Shown here: one piece after another, positions 28,301 through 37,892 of the stretch | Position numbering within the stretch: the stretch's first letter is position 1 | Layout: every line of letters starts with the position of its first letter | Source: Minisyncoccota bacterium | Lineage (GTDB): Bacteria > Patescibacteriota > Minisyncoccia > Phycocordibacterales > JABAAK01 | Assembly: GCA_965204115.1 (NCBI GenBank) | Contig: OZ241963.1 | Span: 10,632 to 74,631, forward strand | DNA length: 64,000 bases | Direction: 5' to 3' | The notes under the pieces: generated by a model | The model's input: only the letters and a program-made list of their open reading frames with translations | Databases searched by the model: none | What the model was told of the DNA's origin: nothing | Made by a program: the position numbers and the translations under genes

Positions 28301-29152
28301 TGCAATGCTCAGGGGACCAAAGGTCGTTGGAGTCTGGCAAAGAATACCACTTGCACCAGCACAGCCGCAACCTGTCCTGCTGGTGACCAAACATGGACGG
28401 TGAATGGTAATGTTTGTTCGGTTAGTCTACGCACTGCCATCTCCGGTAGCACGCAATATGTCCAAGACCAAGCCGGACCAACCACCGGTGCTACGACTTA
28501 CGAGTGTGATGCTAATGGTCGTTGGAGCAGAACAGGTACTGTTACTTGTATTAATCCTTCTGTTACCTGTCCTGTTGTTAAACAAACATGGGTTGCAGGC
28601 GGTAATACCTGTTTTGGTAACACATCTGAGACCGTCGCAGGGAATCCATTTTCTGTTAGCAATGTATCGGAGAAATATCGTGGATCAGCAACTTACCAAT
28701 GTAATGCTGACGGTCGCTGGACTCAAGCGAGTGGTGCCACTACTTGTGCTGTAGCTGTTTGTCCAGCCAGTATTCAGGTATGGACTGTGGGTGGCAATAC
28801 TTGCCGAGAGTGGGTTTCCAGCACTACCGCGAGCAATTCACAGACCGCAGTTGATGATTTTGGGGGAGCTGTCGGATCTGCAACATATCAATGTAAGAAT
28901 ACTGGCCATTGGGTTAGATCGAGTGGTGCTACTTGCGATGCTGTTACTACCTGTCCTGGTTCCTCTGATCAGACATGGACCGTGAACGGCAACACCTGTA
29001 ATGGCAGGATTATTCTTGTCGGTAATGTCGGTAAAGTAACACGGCTCAATGATAATTCAGGGTCAACCACCGGAACCATAGCCTACCTGTGTGGTGCTGA
29101 CGGTCGTTGGAGAGAGAGGCCAAATGCTGTCACTACTTGCGTCAGTCGATAA
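25304..29152 (+). CDS. secreted subtilisin-like serine peptidase (S8), paralog of 249..4166, with six C-terminal four-Cys repeats
   Basis: First 228 aa are identical to the first protease, then diverged. Catalytic motifs VIDTGID, HGTMVAG, GTSFSAPLVAG. GLUG-like FTGTFDGGNHVVYNL. PPC-like YYTFTL...LPAGTYTVEA. Repeats CP..Q.WTV.GN.C.G...GSATY.C...GRW...C. Confidence 0.85.
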   Translation: MTNKHNNISKYIFQSVAALFIISLFVTASLLTYAQEEAPATEKANDLPYELGVVLVQYEDTVFQAQVNDGGEAGVVQVPGGLLDNLDGDLGPVAIVNDLLTEEGFAPKLIERFPDLNAEVIHLGEDVDPLSVMDSLIALPGVVLVQPNFLYEPTQAPNDPKLSDAWHLIHTQVYSTDQSDNETAWKAIDGLTTATYVPTIAVIDTGIDTEHPEFKDVSANRDKPQFNRLLNLLRCRVPVFGGLVELDRTESTLTTCPWGGYDLGSNDNNPIHSRRASPHGTMVAGVAAGNRNNNFDSAGVAHFAHIMPIKLNVFSSTAILKSVAFARLNGADIINASFGGMRSAGCTSVYQSSPSPSYRYLLEAQQIRNFPGLFVASAGNDNTKTGSGDGFFYLPADFNQDMSAQGCWDAVPNMISVGGTERSSDISGNNVADSVEGDIIKAQGIVESRWRSRFVRSGSNYNANVDIAAPSTDILVSSLDDSSGSRVRITKRTAGTSFSAPLVAGTLALMLRANHQLTSAELKRRLLESADELVSLTGPDCTAGTADDYVHRGRRLNAYNAVRAALGLSYTKKEISDLTAAQQATCLRGGKDSDGDGLIDITTVEELNNIRHNLAGTSYKTDAAAQGITTGCPVGGCNGYELVNSLDFVGTGWETAGWTPIDNFTGTFDGGNHVVYNLPSTRVASTGHQIFGTNGSGAEVRNVSFIKTVYWGCNASVKSQCTLSDTDYAQTPSGSCPVGDAGACSYRCDKGHWQEVTNTCTQPTVSCVTDPSTLMNGTVTRQGSWVKACASTHRSDRYAQYYTFTLSTQREVRLNLLSPTNAFLYLNAHAPADRYKSGVGITRNDNGGKGSNARIVSILPAGTYTVEATTFATKQTDSFTLNVKVVDPPASACSAVSQTWTVGGNSCSGNLTAVPRGVSQAIDDIATPTVGSAVFRCDTNGGWTRVGKAKCVTVTCPAVNRSWTVDGNTCAGNLAETNAGSMRVASDQSGSATGSATYECNAQGTKGRWSLAKNTTCTSTAATCPAGDQTWTVNGNVCSVSLRTAISGSTQYVQDQAGPTTGATTYECDANGRWSRTGTVTCINPSVTCPVVKQTWVAGGNTCFGNTSETVAGNPFSVSNVSEKYRGSATYQCNADGRWTQASGATTCAVAVCPASIQVWTVGGNTCREWVSSTTASNSQTAVDDFGGAVGSATYQCKNTGHWVRSSGATCDAVTTCPGSSDQTWTVNGNTCNGRIILVGNVGKVTRLNDNSGSTTGTIAYLCGADGRWRERPNAVTTCVSR

Positions 29153-29216
29153 TTTTATCTGTGCATTAATGCGCCTCATCTACGAGGATTAAGCAAGGAT
29201 TTGCCTCAACCTAAAA

Positions 29217-29252
29217 CCCACAGTTGAACAAACACTGTGGGTTTTTCGTTTT
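29217..29252 (+). terminator. intrinsic terminator after the second S8 gene
   Basis: cccacagt / actgtggg 8-bp stem with 9-nt loop, followed by tttttcgtttt. Confidence 0.6.
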
Positions 29253-29292
29253 ATATATACAGTACCAACACAAGGTGTTGTTTTTATTTCCT

Positions 29293-29321
29293 AAAAACGG
29301 TGCGCCGAGAGAGCGGCGCAC
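29293..29321 (-). terminator. intrinsic terminator downstream of tRNA-Val (minus sense)
   Basis: gtgcgccg / cggcgcac stem with loop agagag. Minus sense is followed by gttttt. Confidence 0.5.
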
Positions 29322-29371
29322 TAATCATGCACGGGGACGGACGGTAGCCCGTTCGTACCACTTGTACTGTC

Positions 29372-29448
29372 TGGTGGGCGATACAGGACTTGAACCTGTG
29401 ACCTCTCCCACGTCAAGGGAGCGCTCTAGCCAACTGAGCTAATCGCCC
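29372..29448 (-). tRNA. tRNA-Val (anticodon GAC), CCA encoded
   Basis: The reverse complement folds as a cloverleaf: GGGCGAT acceptor, GCTC/GAGC D-stem, CTCCC-TTGACGT-GGGAG anticodon arm, GTTCAAGT T-loop, then ...ATCGCCCACCA. Confidence 0.85.
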
Positions 29449-29530
29449 GTTGTTTGTACTATACACCATTTGCGACGGTATAGCGTCGGAAAAGGGCGTA
29501 TGGTATCCTGTTACTAATACAGTCGTTTTT

Positions 29531-30547
29531 ATGGGAATTTTTTCATTTTCACGGAATATAGGGATAGATTTGGGGACAGCGCGGACGCGGATGTATGTAC
29601 CGTATAAAGGGGTGGTATTTGATGAGCCGAGCGTGGTGGCATTGCATAAGAGAGAGGTGATATGTATCGGCAGGAGCGCGAAAGAGATGCTGGGGCGCGT
29701 GACCAAAGGCGGTCAGGTGCAGCGTATTGTTGTTCACGGAGCTGTGCAGGATGAAAAGATTGTGGAGCAGTACTTGCGGGAAATTTTTAAACAGTCGCGT
29801 GGTATCGGGAAACTGCTGCGGCAGGATGCGCTGATCGGCGTGCCGACAGACGCGACCAACATGCAGCAGCGGGCGGCTATCCAGACCTGTAGGCGGTCAG
29901 GTATTCGTACCGTTTTTACGGAGCAGAACGCAATTTTGGCGGCGTTCGGGGCCGGTATGCACAAGGATGAGCTGCACGGACGGATGATTTCCGACATCGG
30001 TGCCGGGCTGACTGACATCGCAGTGATATCACTCGGCGGCGTGAGCAGCAGCAGCACGGTGAAGGTAGGCGGTAATGATATGGATCGCTCAATCGCGGAG
30101 CATATACGACGGCAGCACCAATTGTTGGTGAGTGAAGACACCGCGCGCAGAGTGAAGGAGAAGATCGGCTCGGTGATACACCACGCTAATCCTAAGGAGC
30201 TGCGCGTGAAGGGCAGTGACGCGCGTAATAAACTGCCCAGTGTTGTGCGCATTACCTCAAACGATATCGCTGATGCCGTTCGGAAAGAGGTAAAAATCAT
30301 CCTTGACGGCATCGCCAGCGTGTTTCAGAGCACACCGCCCGAGCTGACCTCTGACATCATTGACCGCGGCCTTGTCCTCACCGGCGGCACCGCCCGCCTG
30401 CACGGCCTCGATGTGGAAATCAGCAAGCACATCAATGTCCCCGTCTATGTCGCCGACGAACCCGAACACGCCGTCATCCGCGGCATCGGCCGCAGCATCC
30501 AAAGCGGCCACCTCAGCTTCCACAAATGGGTCGCCAAGTTACCGTAG
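29531..30547 (+). CDS. mreB: rod shape-determining protein MreB (actin-like ATPase)
   Basis: N-terminal NIGIDLGTARTRMYV...FDEPSVVAL and the ISDIGAGLTDIAVISLGGV phosphate-2 motif. The track ORF starts at 29450; I prefer ATG 29531. Confidence 0.8.
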   Translation: MGIFSFSRNIGIDLGTARTRMYVPYKGVVFDEPSVVALHKREVICIGRSAKEMLGRVTKGGQVQRIVVHGAVQDEKIVEQYLREIFKQSRGIGKLLRQDALIGVPTDATNMQQRAAIQTCRRSGIRTVFTEQNAILAAFGAGMHKDELHGRMISDIGAGLTDIAVISLGGVSSSSTVKVGGNDMDRSIAEHIRRQHQLLVSEDTARRVKEKIGSVIHHANPKELRVKGSDARNKLPSVVRITSNDIADAVRKEVKIILDGIASVFQSTPPELTSDIIDRGLVLTGGTARLHGLDVEISKHINVPVYVADEPEHAVIRGIGRSIQSGHLSFHKWVAKLP

Positions 30548-30673
30548 TTTTACATCTCGCTAAAGAGCGTTTCTTGCCTTATGTGCATTTATATGATATT
30601 ATAAAGATAGTATTGAGCAAATGCTCCGTATTTTTATTTCAGAGATCTATTTCACATCAAAGGAGGCTCTTCA

Positions 30674-31021
30674 ATGAACATTTCTGCCAGATTATTTGTA
30701 GTGGCACTGCTTGCTGCATTTGCAGCGGGAATGATAGCAGCAATAGTGGCAACAGGAGTAGCAACAGCCATTGCGTCATCTGTCCATGTCGCTTGGGAAA
30801 AACAGGCAAACAGGGATAAGGTTTTCGTAGCTGAGAAACAGGCTCTGGTCCAGGATGGGTACTGGGACCATGCAGCAAGGATTAGAGCGAAAATCAAGTC
30901 AGGGGAGATTGAGGGGAAAGAAACTCTCGGCATTCCTGATGTCATGCACATTGCACGAATTTTACGCGACACGGGGGAATACCTCTACAATGGTGAGAGG
31001 TTTTACCATGTAAGTCAGTGA
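30674..31021 (+). CDS. small membrane-anchored hypothetical protein
   Basis: 115 aa with a hydrophobic N-terminus. Unusually for this window, it has a canonical SD (aaggagg) 8 nt upstream. Confidence 0.45.
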   Translation: MNISARLFVVALLAAFAAGMIAAIVATGVATAIASSVHVAWEKQANRDKVFVAEKQALVQDGYWDHAARIRAKIKSGEIEGKETLGIPDVMHIARILRDTGEYLYNGERFYHVSQ

Positions 31022-31115
31022 GAAACTAAATTCTCAAACACGGTAAGTGTACACTTGCCGTGTTTTTTGTTGCGCTTTGGATATCCTCTTGTGTGCAGGA
31101 TATACTGTAGGTAAG

Positions 31116-32483
31116 ATGACCACGATAAACTTTAAAGAAAAGACAATGTGGACGCGGGATAACTTGCCTATCATGCGGGGTATGAATAGTGAGTGCGTTG
31201 ATTTAATTTATCTTGACCCGCCTTTTAATAGTAATGTTTTGTATCAAGGGTTGCCGGGGGAGAAAAAAATAACAGCAGCTTTTATGGATGTGTGGAAATT
31301 GACTGAGGAGGATGAAATTTGGCATCAGGGTATAAAAAAGACAGACCGATGCCTGTACGAAGTAATTGAGGCGAGTCGATATGCACACAGTGAGAGCATG
31401 ATGTCATATCTGATAGTGATGTCAGAGCGATTATTTGAAATGCACCGCATTTTAAAACCAACCGGAGGTATTTACTTGCACTGTGACCCAACTGCTGAGC
31501 ATTACTTAAAAATAATAATGGATTGTATTTTTGGTCACAAAAATTTTCGTAATGAGATATCTTGGGTGTACGGAAAAACAGCGCGGGGAGCAAAAGCTAT
31601 ATCAAGGGCGTTTGCAAAGAATAGTGACACTATTTTATGGTACACAAAGACGGACGACTATACTTTCAATAATACCTATTACGAAAGAAAAATTCCTTTA
31701 AAGGGCTCTGTTTATCGGCAAGAACCTGATGGGAAGTGTTTTAGAACATCGCCAAGAGGGGATTACACGGATGAAAGTGTAGAAAAATTAAGGAAACAGG
31801 GTCGTATCCACGAGACAAAAAATGGAAACATACGTATTAAATATTATGAGAAGTGTGATAACGATTTTGTTTATGAGAAGAAACTGACAGGCAATGTGTG
31901 GGATGACATACCGGACATGATGCACACCGGACAAGATGAGAGGACGGGGTATCCAACACAAAAGCCGTTGAGGCTGCTTGAAAGAATCATTGAGGCAAGT
32001 AGTAATGAAAATGATCTGGTCCTTGATCCGTTTTGCGGGTGTGCTACCGCATTAGTGGCAGCAGAGAAGTTGAATAGGAATTGGGCAGGTATTGATATAT
32101 CGTACATCGCGAATCAATTGGTAAAATTGCGCATGCGTAGAGAAACAAACTTGTTTGATAACTATGATGTCATAGAAAGAAGTGACATACCATCCAGAAC
32201 GGACATCAGTGGCGGTGATCTAAAAGATATTGATGTCAAGCAGAAGAAGTATGAGAAGCAGGAAGGAAAATGTGCGGGTTGCAGACATCCTTTGCCAAAA
32301 AGATACCTTACAAAAGATCGGATTGTCCCCGGCGCAAAAGGAGGGCAATATACAGAAGAAAACATACAATTGCTATGTCAGCCCTGTAATTCAACAAAAG
32401 GCAAGAACGACATGCCATTCCTTATCAAGCGCTTGCAAGAGCAGGATTTAATATACAAAGAAGAGCAAGAAGATGGAGTATAA
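31116..32483 (+). CDS. beta-class N6-adenine/N4-cytosine DNA methyltransferase fused to a C-terminal HNH nuclease domain
   Basis: Motif IV IYLDPPFNS lies near the N-terminus and the motif I region DPFCGCATALVAA lies later, which is the beta permutation. The C-terminus CAGCRHPL...EENIQLLCQPCNSTKG is an HNH motif. The track ORF starts at 31047; I prefer ATG 31116, preceded by ggaTATACT 9 nt upstream. Confidence 0.75.
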   Translation: MTTINFKEKTMWTRDNLPIMRGMNSECVDLIYLDPPFNSNVLYQGLPGEKKITAAFMDVWKLTEEDEIWHQGIKKTDRCLYEVIEASRYAHSESMMSYLIVMSERLFEMHRILKPTGGIYLHCDPTAEHYLKIIMDCIFGHKNFRNEISWVYGKTARGAKAISRAFAKNSDTILWYTKTDDYTFNNTYYERKIPLKGSVYRQEPDGKCFRTSPRGDYTDESVEKLRKQGRIHETKNGNIRIKYYEKCDNDFVYEKKLTGNVWDDIPDMMHTGQDERTGYPTQKPLRLLERIIEASSNENDLVLDPFCGCATALVAAEKLNRNWAGIDISYIANQLVKLRMRRETNLFDNYDVIERSDIPSRTDISGGDLKDIDVKQKKYEKQEGKCAGCRHPLPKRYLTKDRIVPGAKGGQYTEENIQLLCQPCNSTKGKNDMPFLIKRLQEQDLIYKEEQEDGV

Positions 32484-32489
32484 TTTCTG

Positions 32490-33008
32490 GTGAGGTGTAT
32501 GTGGAAAAAAAGGGTTACTGTTCGTGATGTGATGCAGAAGGGGTATTCGTATGTGCTTACTGAGGCGGTGGGGCGGGGTTTTGCTGTTGACTTTAAGCCG
32601 GAGTTGTCGCCGAAGCAGATGCTTGCGTTGGGGGTGTTCGGCGGGGTGTATTTTGACGGGTATGTTGGTGAATATCCGAAGGAGTGGTTTACACGGGCGA
32701 AGGTTGCGGATGATGGGGGGCGGGATAGCAACCTCAATTATTTTAAAGTACATGCTTCTATGCCGCTGAAGCATTGGAAAAAGAAGGGCTGGCTTCACAA
32801 GGATGATCCTCGCGGTTGGTTTCAGTGGTACTGTCGTTACTATATGGGCAGGCGGCACGAAGACGATGCCCGTCAAATTAAGCGATGGAGAAGTGTGAAA
32901 CGGCATACATCAGCAATCAAAAACAACTGCGCACCGAAAGATTTAACCTGCAGAAAAAAGCAGCGACAGGCAGTGCTCCACTGGGCATACGACAGTAGGA
33001 AACTGTAA
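32490..33008 (+). CDS. hypothetical basic Trp-rich protein (family not recognised)
   Basis: 172 aa from a GTG start. No motif I can name. G+C looks near the genome norm although the flanking R-M genes are AT-rich. Confidence 0.4.
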   Translation: MRCMWKKRVTVRDVMQKGYSYVLTEAVGRGFAVDFKPELSPKQMLALGVFGGVYFDGYVGEYPKEWFTRAKVADDGGRDSNLNYFKVHASMPLKHWKKKGWLHKDDPRGWFQWYCRYYMGRRHEDDARQIKRWRSVKRHTSAIKNNCAPKDLTCRKKQRQAVLHWAYDSRKL

Positions 33009-33243
33009 GTGGTGGTCGTTCAGAAATAGTGCAGTTGTTACTGTATACACAGATACTTTACTGTTTCATCGTTCTTATGTTTTGTTGGTCTGTTTCGTTC
33101 CATATTTCCCGCTTTGTCTTGTTGCTACGCTAACGCTTTGCGGCAATCCAAAACAGGGAACATGGAAAATTTTCACAAAGCACACCTTCTTATTATCTTG
33201 CTATAATCAAAGTAACGGTGCTAAATTTTATTTTCCACAAAGC

Positions 33244-33831
33244 ATGAATAGAAATCAGAAAAAAATCAAGATTAAGAACGAAGAGATTAATACATTGCTT
33301 GACATTGAGAATATTGAATTCCCAAAATATGTCACGCAATTACTCAATCTCGCAAATCAGAATGCACAAGGCACTAGACCTAAGATGGTAGGGCAGATGA
33401 GTGATCTGATACAGCAGTTTTCTGGAAAGAGTATTGGTGAATGGGAAAAATGGTATAGGAATAAACACCCTACAGCATTAGAAGATGCTGTTGAGAAAAT
33501 TTTTCCGATGGTGGAGAATTTGAAAGATGCTGTGAACAAGATAGACAAAGAGATGGTAAAGGACTGGGTGAAAGATTTAATTATTGCAAAAACATTCGCA
33601 GGTCTATGTTTTCAAGAAGCAATATTAAAGAAAGTTGCTGAGGTAGAAAATACAAAATACCGCTTAGCAGACCCACATGAAGAATCGCAAGGTATTGATG
33701 GATACATTGGTGACACACCTGTTAGCATAAAGCCAGTTACTTACAAGCAAATGGACAGGGTTAGAGAAACAATATCCTGTAGAATTATTTTTTATGAAAA
33801 GAAAAAAGACGGAATATTGATTTATCTATAA
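33244..33831 (+). CDS. hypothetical protein, candidate restriction endonuclease partner (family not recognised)
   Basis: AT-rich ORF between two MTase genes, overlapping the convergent MTase by 10 nt. The track ORF starts at 33082; I prefer ATG 33244 (MNRNQKK...). A possible PD-(D/E)xK-like stretch EESQGIDGYIGDTPVSIK is weak. Confidence 0.4.
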   Translation: MNRNQKKIKIKNEEINTLLDIENIEFPKYVTQLLNLANQNAQGTRPKMVGQMSDLIQQFSGKSIGEWEKWYRNKHPTALEDAVEKIFPMVENLKDAVNKIDKEMVKDWVKDLIIAKTFAGLCFQEAILKKVAEVENTKYRLADPHEESQGIDGYIGDTPVSIKPVTYKQMDRVRETISCRIIFYEKKKDGILIYL

Positions 33832-34889
33832 TTAAAATTAAAAAATTCGTGAGAAACTGTAAAATCTGTTTGTCCATTTTTGATCTTTTCAACAGGCGTG
33901 TCAAAACATATTTTCTGTTCCTGTCTGGTAACAACAGGAAATGAGTAAAATATATTCTTATATTTGCACACCTTCCCACCTTTTTCTCTCTGCTCTATAA
34001 ATTCCACATAAGTGTTGATCCGCTTTTTTATCAGATTCTCCGCATCATTAATAAAATAATCAGTTGTTTCTTCAATGATATTCTTAAATTCTTTTTCCTT
34101 TTCTATACCAACACTGTTTCTTCCCGCAATAATTGCTGCTGCTGTGGTAGTTCCCGTCCCAAGAAACGGATCAAGAACCGTGTCACCCTTCACAGAGAAC
34201 ATGTTGATTAATCTATAGGGCAATTCCAAAGGATACGCCCCGCTTCTCCCTCTCAAACCTTTTTCTTTTAATGATTGCCTGACTCCTTTCACGTCATCCC
34301 AAACATCAGAGAACCATTTATTTCTTTCTGGGTAAAAAAAGGCACTTTTCATTCTATTATCTTTTTCTTCATCCTCAACAAACTCTCTTTTCCTCTTTTT
34401 TCTAAAGATTAAAATCCTTTCGTGTTCCAATGTCACATATGCCCCAACGGGTAACATTCCTGACCCCATAAATTTATTGGGGGAGTTCGTTGCTTTTCTC
34501 CAAAGAATTGTGGGAAGAGAATCAAAACCAAGAGATAGAAATGTTTCAAGTATTGGTGAATGATTTGGATACAACCTGAATACACCTCCCACTGTCCTAG
34601 TTGCATCCCCTATGTTTATACAGACAATGCCACCTTCTTTCAAAACCCTATTGATTTCTTTCCATGTTTTATTTAACTCTTCATGCATCAATACATATGA
34701 GGTATATCCATCCTCATTAGCAATACTTTCTTTTATTCTTTTATTCTGCATAGAAAATATTTCATCCCACATAGATATCATGGGATATGGCGGTGAGGTA
34801 ACCACAAGATCAACTGCCTCATTCTGAATTCCATCCAAGTCTCGTGAATCTCCGAAGAGTACCTCATGTCTCGTTTCATTGGTATGCAT
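33822..34889 (-). CDS. beta-class DNA methyltransferase (SPPY motif; N4-cytosine or N6-adenine)
   Basis: VVTSPPYP (motif IV) is N-terminal and FLGTGTT (motif I) is C-terminal. The track gives a TTG start at 34910; I prefer the internal ATG at 34889 (MHTNETRHE...), preceded by TATACT 6 nt upstream. Confidence 0.7.
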   Translation of the reverse strand: MHTNETRHEVLFGDSRDLDGIQNEAVDLVVTSPPYPMISMWDEIFSMQNKRIKESIANEDGYTSYVLMHEELNKTWKEINRVLKEGGIVCINIGDATRTVGGVFRLYPNHSPILETFLSLGFDSLPTILWRKATNSPNKFMGSGMLPVGAYVTLEHERILIFRKKRKREFVEDEEKDNRMKSAFFYPERNKWFSDVWDDVKGVRQSLKEKGLRGRSGAYPLELPYRLINMFSVKGDTVLDPFLGTGTTTAAAIIAGRNSVGIEKEKEFKNIIEETTDYFINDAENLIKKRINTYVEFIEQREKGGKVCKYKNIFYSFPVVTRQEQKICFDTPVEKIKNGQTDFTVSHEFFNFNYR

Positions 34890-34994
34890 ATTTTTAGTAT
34901 ACCCCGACAATATTCATTTGTCTAGTCTTTCATTTTTCTGCAAATTATATACGAAACACATCTTTTTCACCTACATAATTTTTTGGTATATTTT

Positions 34995-37892
34995 TTATTT
35001 CACCTTCTTTGATTTTAAGTCACCCAGTCTAGAAAATACTTGTTGATTTTTTTGCAACAGCTTACTAATTAAGCCATCGAATTTCTCTGGTTTAATTGAC
35101 TTTTGTAGTTTTTTGAAAATATTAACTAATTCGTCGGTAAGGTAAAGAATTTTATTATTGAGCAAGTATAGTTCTACAACCTCAAACACCTCCTTTGGAT
35201 CCGTATCTGCCAATTTCAATAAAGTATCGCTACAGTGATAAGCAAAGAGGTTGTTGTCATTGATTTCACCTCCTGTTTTTCTAAGAGTATTGAGTACCTT
35301 TTCAATAAATGCTTTTGGTTCAAGTATGTCACCCTTCTCACTCATTCGCAACCAAGAGCCTGTCTCTTTTAGCAATTCAACATCTCCACTATCTATTAAA
35401 TAATCCCAAATTTCATCTATCCTATTGATTACCTGTTTTCTGTTATTTACCTCATTAATTCTATTCTCAAATATAAAACTTCCAATAAAGCTTGCAAAAC
35501 CTTTTTTTGCGCTTATACTTGCACCCTTGAAAAAGGATTTAAAAAGATCATGACTGAAGTCAAATTCAGGAAAGTGTATAGAGGCAAGCGCTATGTGTTG
35601 TCCGAGTCGGTCAGCAGGATCTACTATATACTCCATATCTCGTCGTTGAATTTTTTCAGTTTTTATATTTTCCTCATATATTTTTTGTAAGTGTGTGTCA
35701 AAGAACATTTTCTTAAGCACAGTTTGTGATAGATATCCCTCCCAAGCAACAAGATAAAAATCTTTTCTCTCTTTTGGAAATATTTTTGATAATATTTCAA
35801 TTGTCCACTCTTTATCTCTATCATAGAGATATGCCAAATAATGACCGAGCATAAACCAGATAGATTTTGTTTTCTCTTTCCATAACAAGCCTTCAAATGC
35901 CTCCTTTATATCGGCAGATATTTCTTTTGACAAGGTGTGGTTTTTGCACATAAAATTAATAAATAACCGAAATGCTGAACCACGAACTGTGTTTATTGCT
36001 ATACTGAGGGGGCTGGCGACCACATGCTCTCCTCTCTCATGATCAGCTGCAGACATAATAGCTGTTCTGGGAGATTCGTCTTCAATTGTTGGTTGTTTGT
36101 GAGAAAGCAAATATTGTACCACATCAAAAATGTCACTTCTGTTCTTACTGAAAAACTTTTTATTGCAGTACCCAATCAGCACTCCTAATACAATACACAT
36201 CTCCTTGTGTACCTCGCCCCAATAATGGTTTACTTCATCATTCCAGCCAGATGATTTCTTGTCAATAAATTCTTCCTTTTTACCTGATTCTGCAATTGCT
36301 ATACAAAGATTCAGAATAGAAAGCAGGGTGTCATCTTGTACTTTCTCTTTATTATTTTTCGCAAAATTGAAAAAACCGGTCAGGAAAGAATGGGTGTAAA
36401 ATGCAGGCATCTTTTTCCTGTCAAAAAAATCTTCTGCATGCTGCATATATTCAGAAAATTTTCTTCCCATATCTATTTTTAATTCGTTTCCAATACCCTC
36501 TGCGCCTTTCCTGATAAAGAAGCCTGTTTCACCATCCCAAACCTCATCAGAATAATCACTCGCCTGTATTTTTTTAGGGTGTAATTCTTCCTGTAATTTT
36601 TTTATAATTTCTTTAACGGTGTAGTGCTGAAACGTTACTGGTGATTTTTCATCCACGAATCCAGATTTTATCTTGCCAATAGGAAAATCATATTGTAAAT
36701 TAACCTCCTCCCTCTTGAACAGAGAAAACCCATCATCCTGTATTTTTTTCTGTTGCACATCAGTTAGGTCGTGATATTTCCAAATTAATGAGAAAAGTCT
36801 TGAGCCAATCTTAATCTGCTTATCGTCTGATACCCCCTCTTTCTTTTTTGTCATGATATCTCTAATTGCATTTATATACCTATCCTTTTCATCTTGGGAA
36901 AATAAACCAAGGTGGCTTGATACCATAAATTCAAAATCAACAATAAAATCATTGTCTGAGAAAAAAACGTGATTTTCTTTTTCTATTGCCGATAACAGCA
37001 TTTCCTTGATTTCTTTTTTAAAGGTTTTTTTCTGCAATGCGAGTATAAAAAAATTAAACCTGAAAAATAACGGATTGTTAGAAATTGATGGGTTCACGCA
37101 TTTTGAATACATGCTCCGTATTTCATCCTGAGAAACACTAAGATTGCTTGAATATTCAATCAATAGATTGTTTAACCTTCTTAAAATCTTATGCTGTAAT
37201 CCGAATCCCTCGCTCGTACTCCAAGAACTAAAATACTTAAAAATATTCGGATTATTTTTCACAGCATCTGAGAGAAAATTAATCAAAAACTTCAAATACC
37301 TACTTTCCTCTCTCTCGCTTTTATCAAACACAGGATCTGATAGATATTTAAATGTTTCCATGTTGATTTGCAAGCTGTCACCTGTTCTCAATACCGATTT
37401 TGTCGCAGCATTAAAGCACGCAAAAAGTTCTTTGTAGTATTTATCTTCTCTCAGATTTTTAAGTGTTGCTCCAATAGGAATCAGAGAGGATCCGAGGACA
37501 TCTTCCCTCTGAAGTATTTTTTCTATCCACCTCTCTTCAAGTATTTTTCCTACAAGCGTGCTTACGTGCTCTGCCGGCATTTGACTGCACATATGGAACA
37601 ATCTCTCAATGAACGCAGGATTGCAATCTTTTGGCATGGTTTGTGATAGGATGATTTCTGTCACTTTATCCGATGCTTCTTTAGTCATTCGCTCCAGATA
37701 TGAAAGCTCGGGAAGTAAATACCCCTCATTATCTCTGACAGCACTCATTGTCTCAAAATTGAAGTACTTCTCTTTGTGTAATGGCTGCAACCACCGTTTA
37801 TCGGCTTTTTGAAAAAAATACTGTTTCGAGGCATAGTTTATGCCCGTCAATTCTTTCATTTTTTTTATGTCATTTGTGGTTACTTTTTTCAT
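34995..37892 (-). CDS. large (965 aa) AT-rich hypothetical protein, no recognisable catalytic motif
   Basis: Long Lys/Asn/Ile/Phe-rich, helix-looking ORF. No Walker A, HEPN-like or nuclease motif found by eye. Translationally coupled (ATGA overlap) to the upstream 201-aa gene. Confidence 0.55.
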   Translation of the reverse strand: MKKVTTNDIKKMKELTGINYASKQYFFQKADKRWLQPLHKEKYFNFETMSAVRDNEGYLLPELSYLERMTKEASDKVTEIILSQTMPKDCNPAFIERLFHMCSQMPAEHVSTLVGKILEERWIEKILQREDVLGSSLIPIGATLKNLREDKYYKELFACFNAATKSVLRTGDSLQINMETFKYLSDPVFDKSEREESRYLKFLINFLSDAVKNNPNIFKYFSSWSTSEGFGLQHKILRRLNNLLIEYSSNLSVSQDEIRSMYSKCVNPSISNNPLFFRFNFFILALQKKTFKKEIKEMLLSAIEKENHVFFSDNDFIVDFEFMVSSHLGLFSQDEKDRYINAIRDIMTKKKEGVSDDKQIKIGSRLFSLIWKYHDLTDVQQKKIQDDGFSLFKREEVNLQYDFPIGKIKSGFVDEKSPVTFQHYTVKEIIKKLQEELHPKKIQASDYSDEVWDGETGFFIRKGAEGIGNELKIDMGRKFSEYMQHAEDFFDRKKMPAFYTHSFLTGFFNFAKNNKEKVQDDTLLSILNLCIAIAESGKKEEFIDKKSSGWNDEVNHYWGEVHKEMCIVLGVLIGYCNKKFFSKNRSDIFDVVQYLLSHKQPTIEDESPRTAIMSAADHERGEHVVASPLSIAINTVRGSAFRLFINFMCKNHTLSKEISADIKEAFEGLLWKEKTKSIWFMLGHYLAYLYDRDKEWTIEILSKIFPKERKDFYLVAWEGYLSQTVLKKMFFDTHLQKIYEENIKTEKIQRRDMEYIVDPADRLGQHIALASIHFPEFDFSHDLFKSFFKGASISAKKGFASFIGSFIFENRINEVNNRKQVINRIDEIWDYLIDSGDVELLKETGSWLRMSEKGDILEPKAFIEKVLNTLRKTGGEINDNNLFAYHCSDTLLKLADTDPKEVFEVVELYLLNNKILYLTDELVNIFKKLQKSIKPEKFDGLISKLLQKNQQVFSRLGDLKSKKVK

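Noticed and set aside
29224-29442. 72-aa plus-strand ORF overlapping tRNA-Val
   Set aside because: It overlaps a clear tRNA cloverleaf on the opposite strand and the terminator hairpins.
33000-33100. Left-end att repeat of the island (copy of the tRNA-Ala 3-prime end)
   Set aside because: I searched by eye for gacccgacagggctcgaacc-like sequence at the left boundary and near 38495-38578 and found none. The island call therefore rests on composition and tRNA adjacency only.
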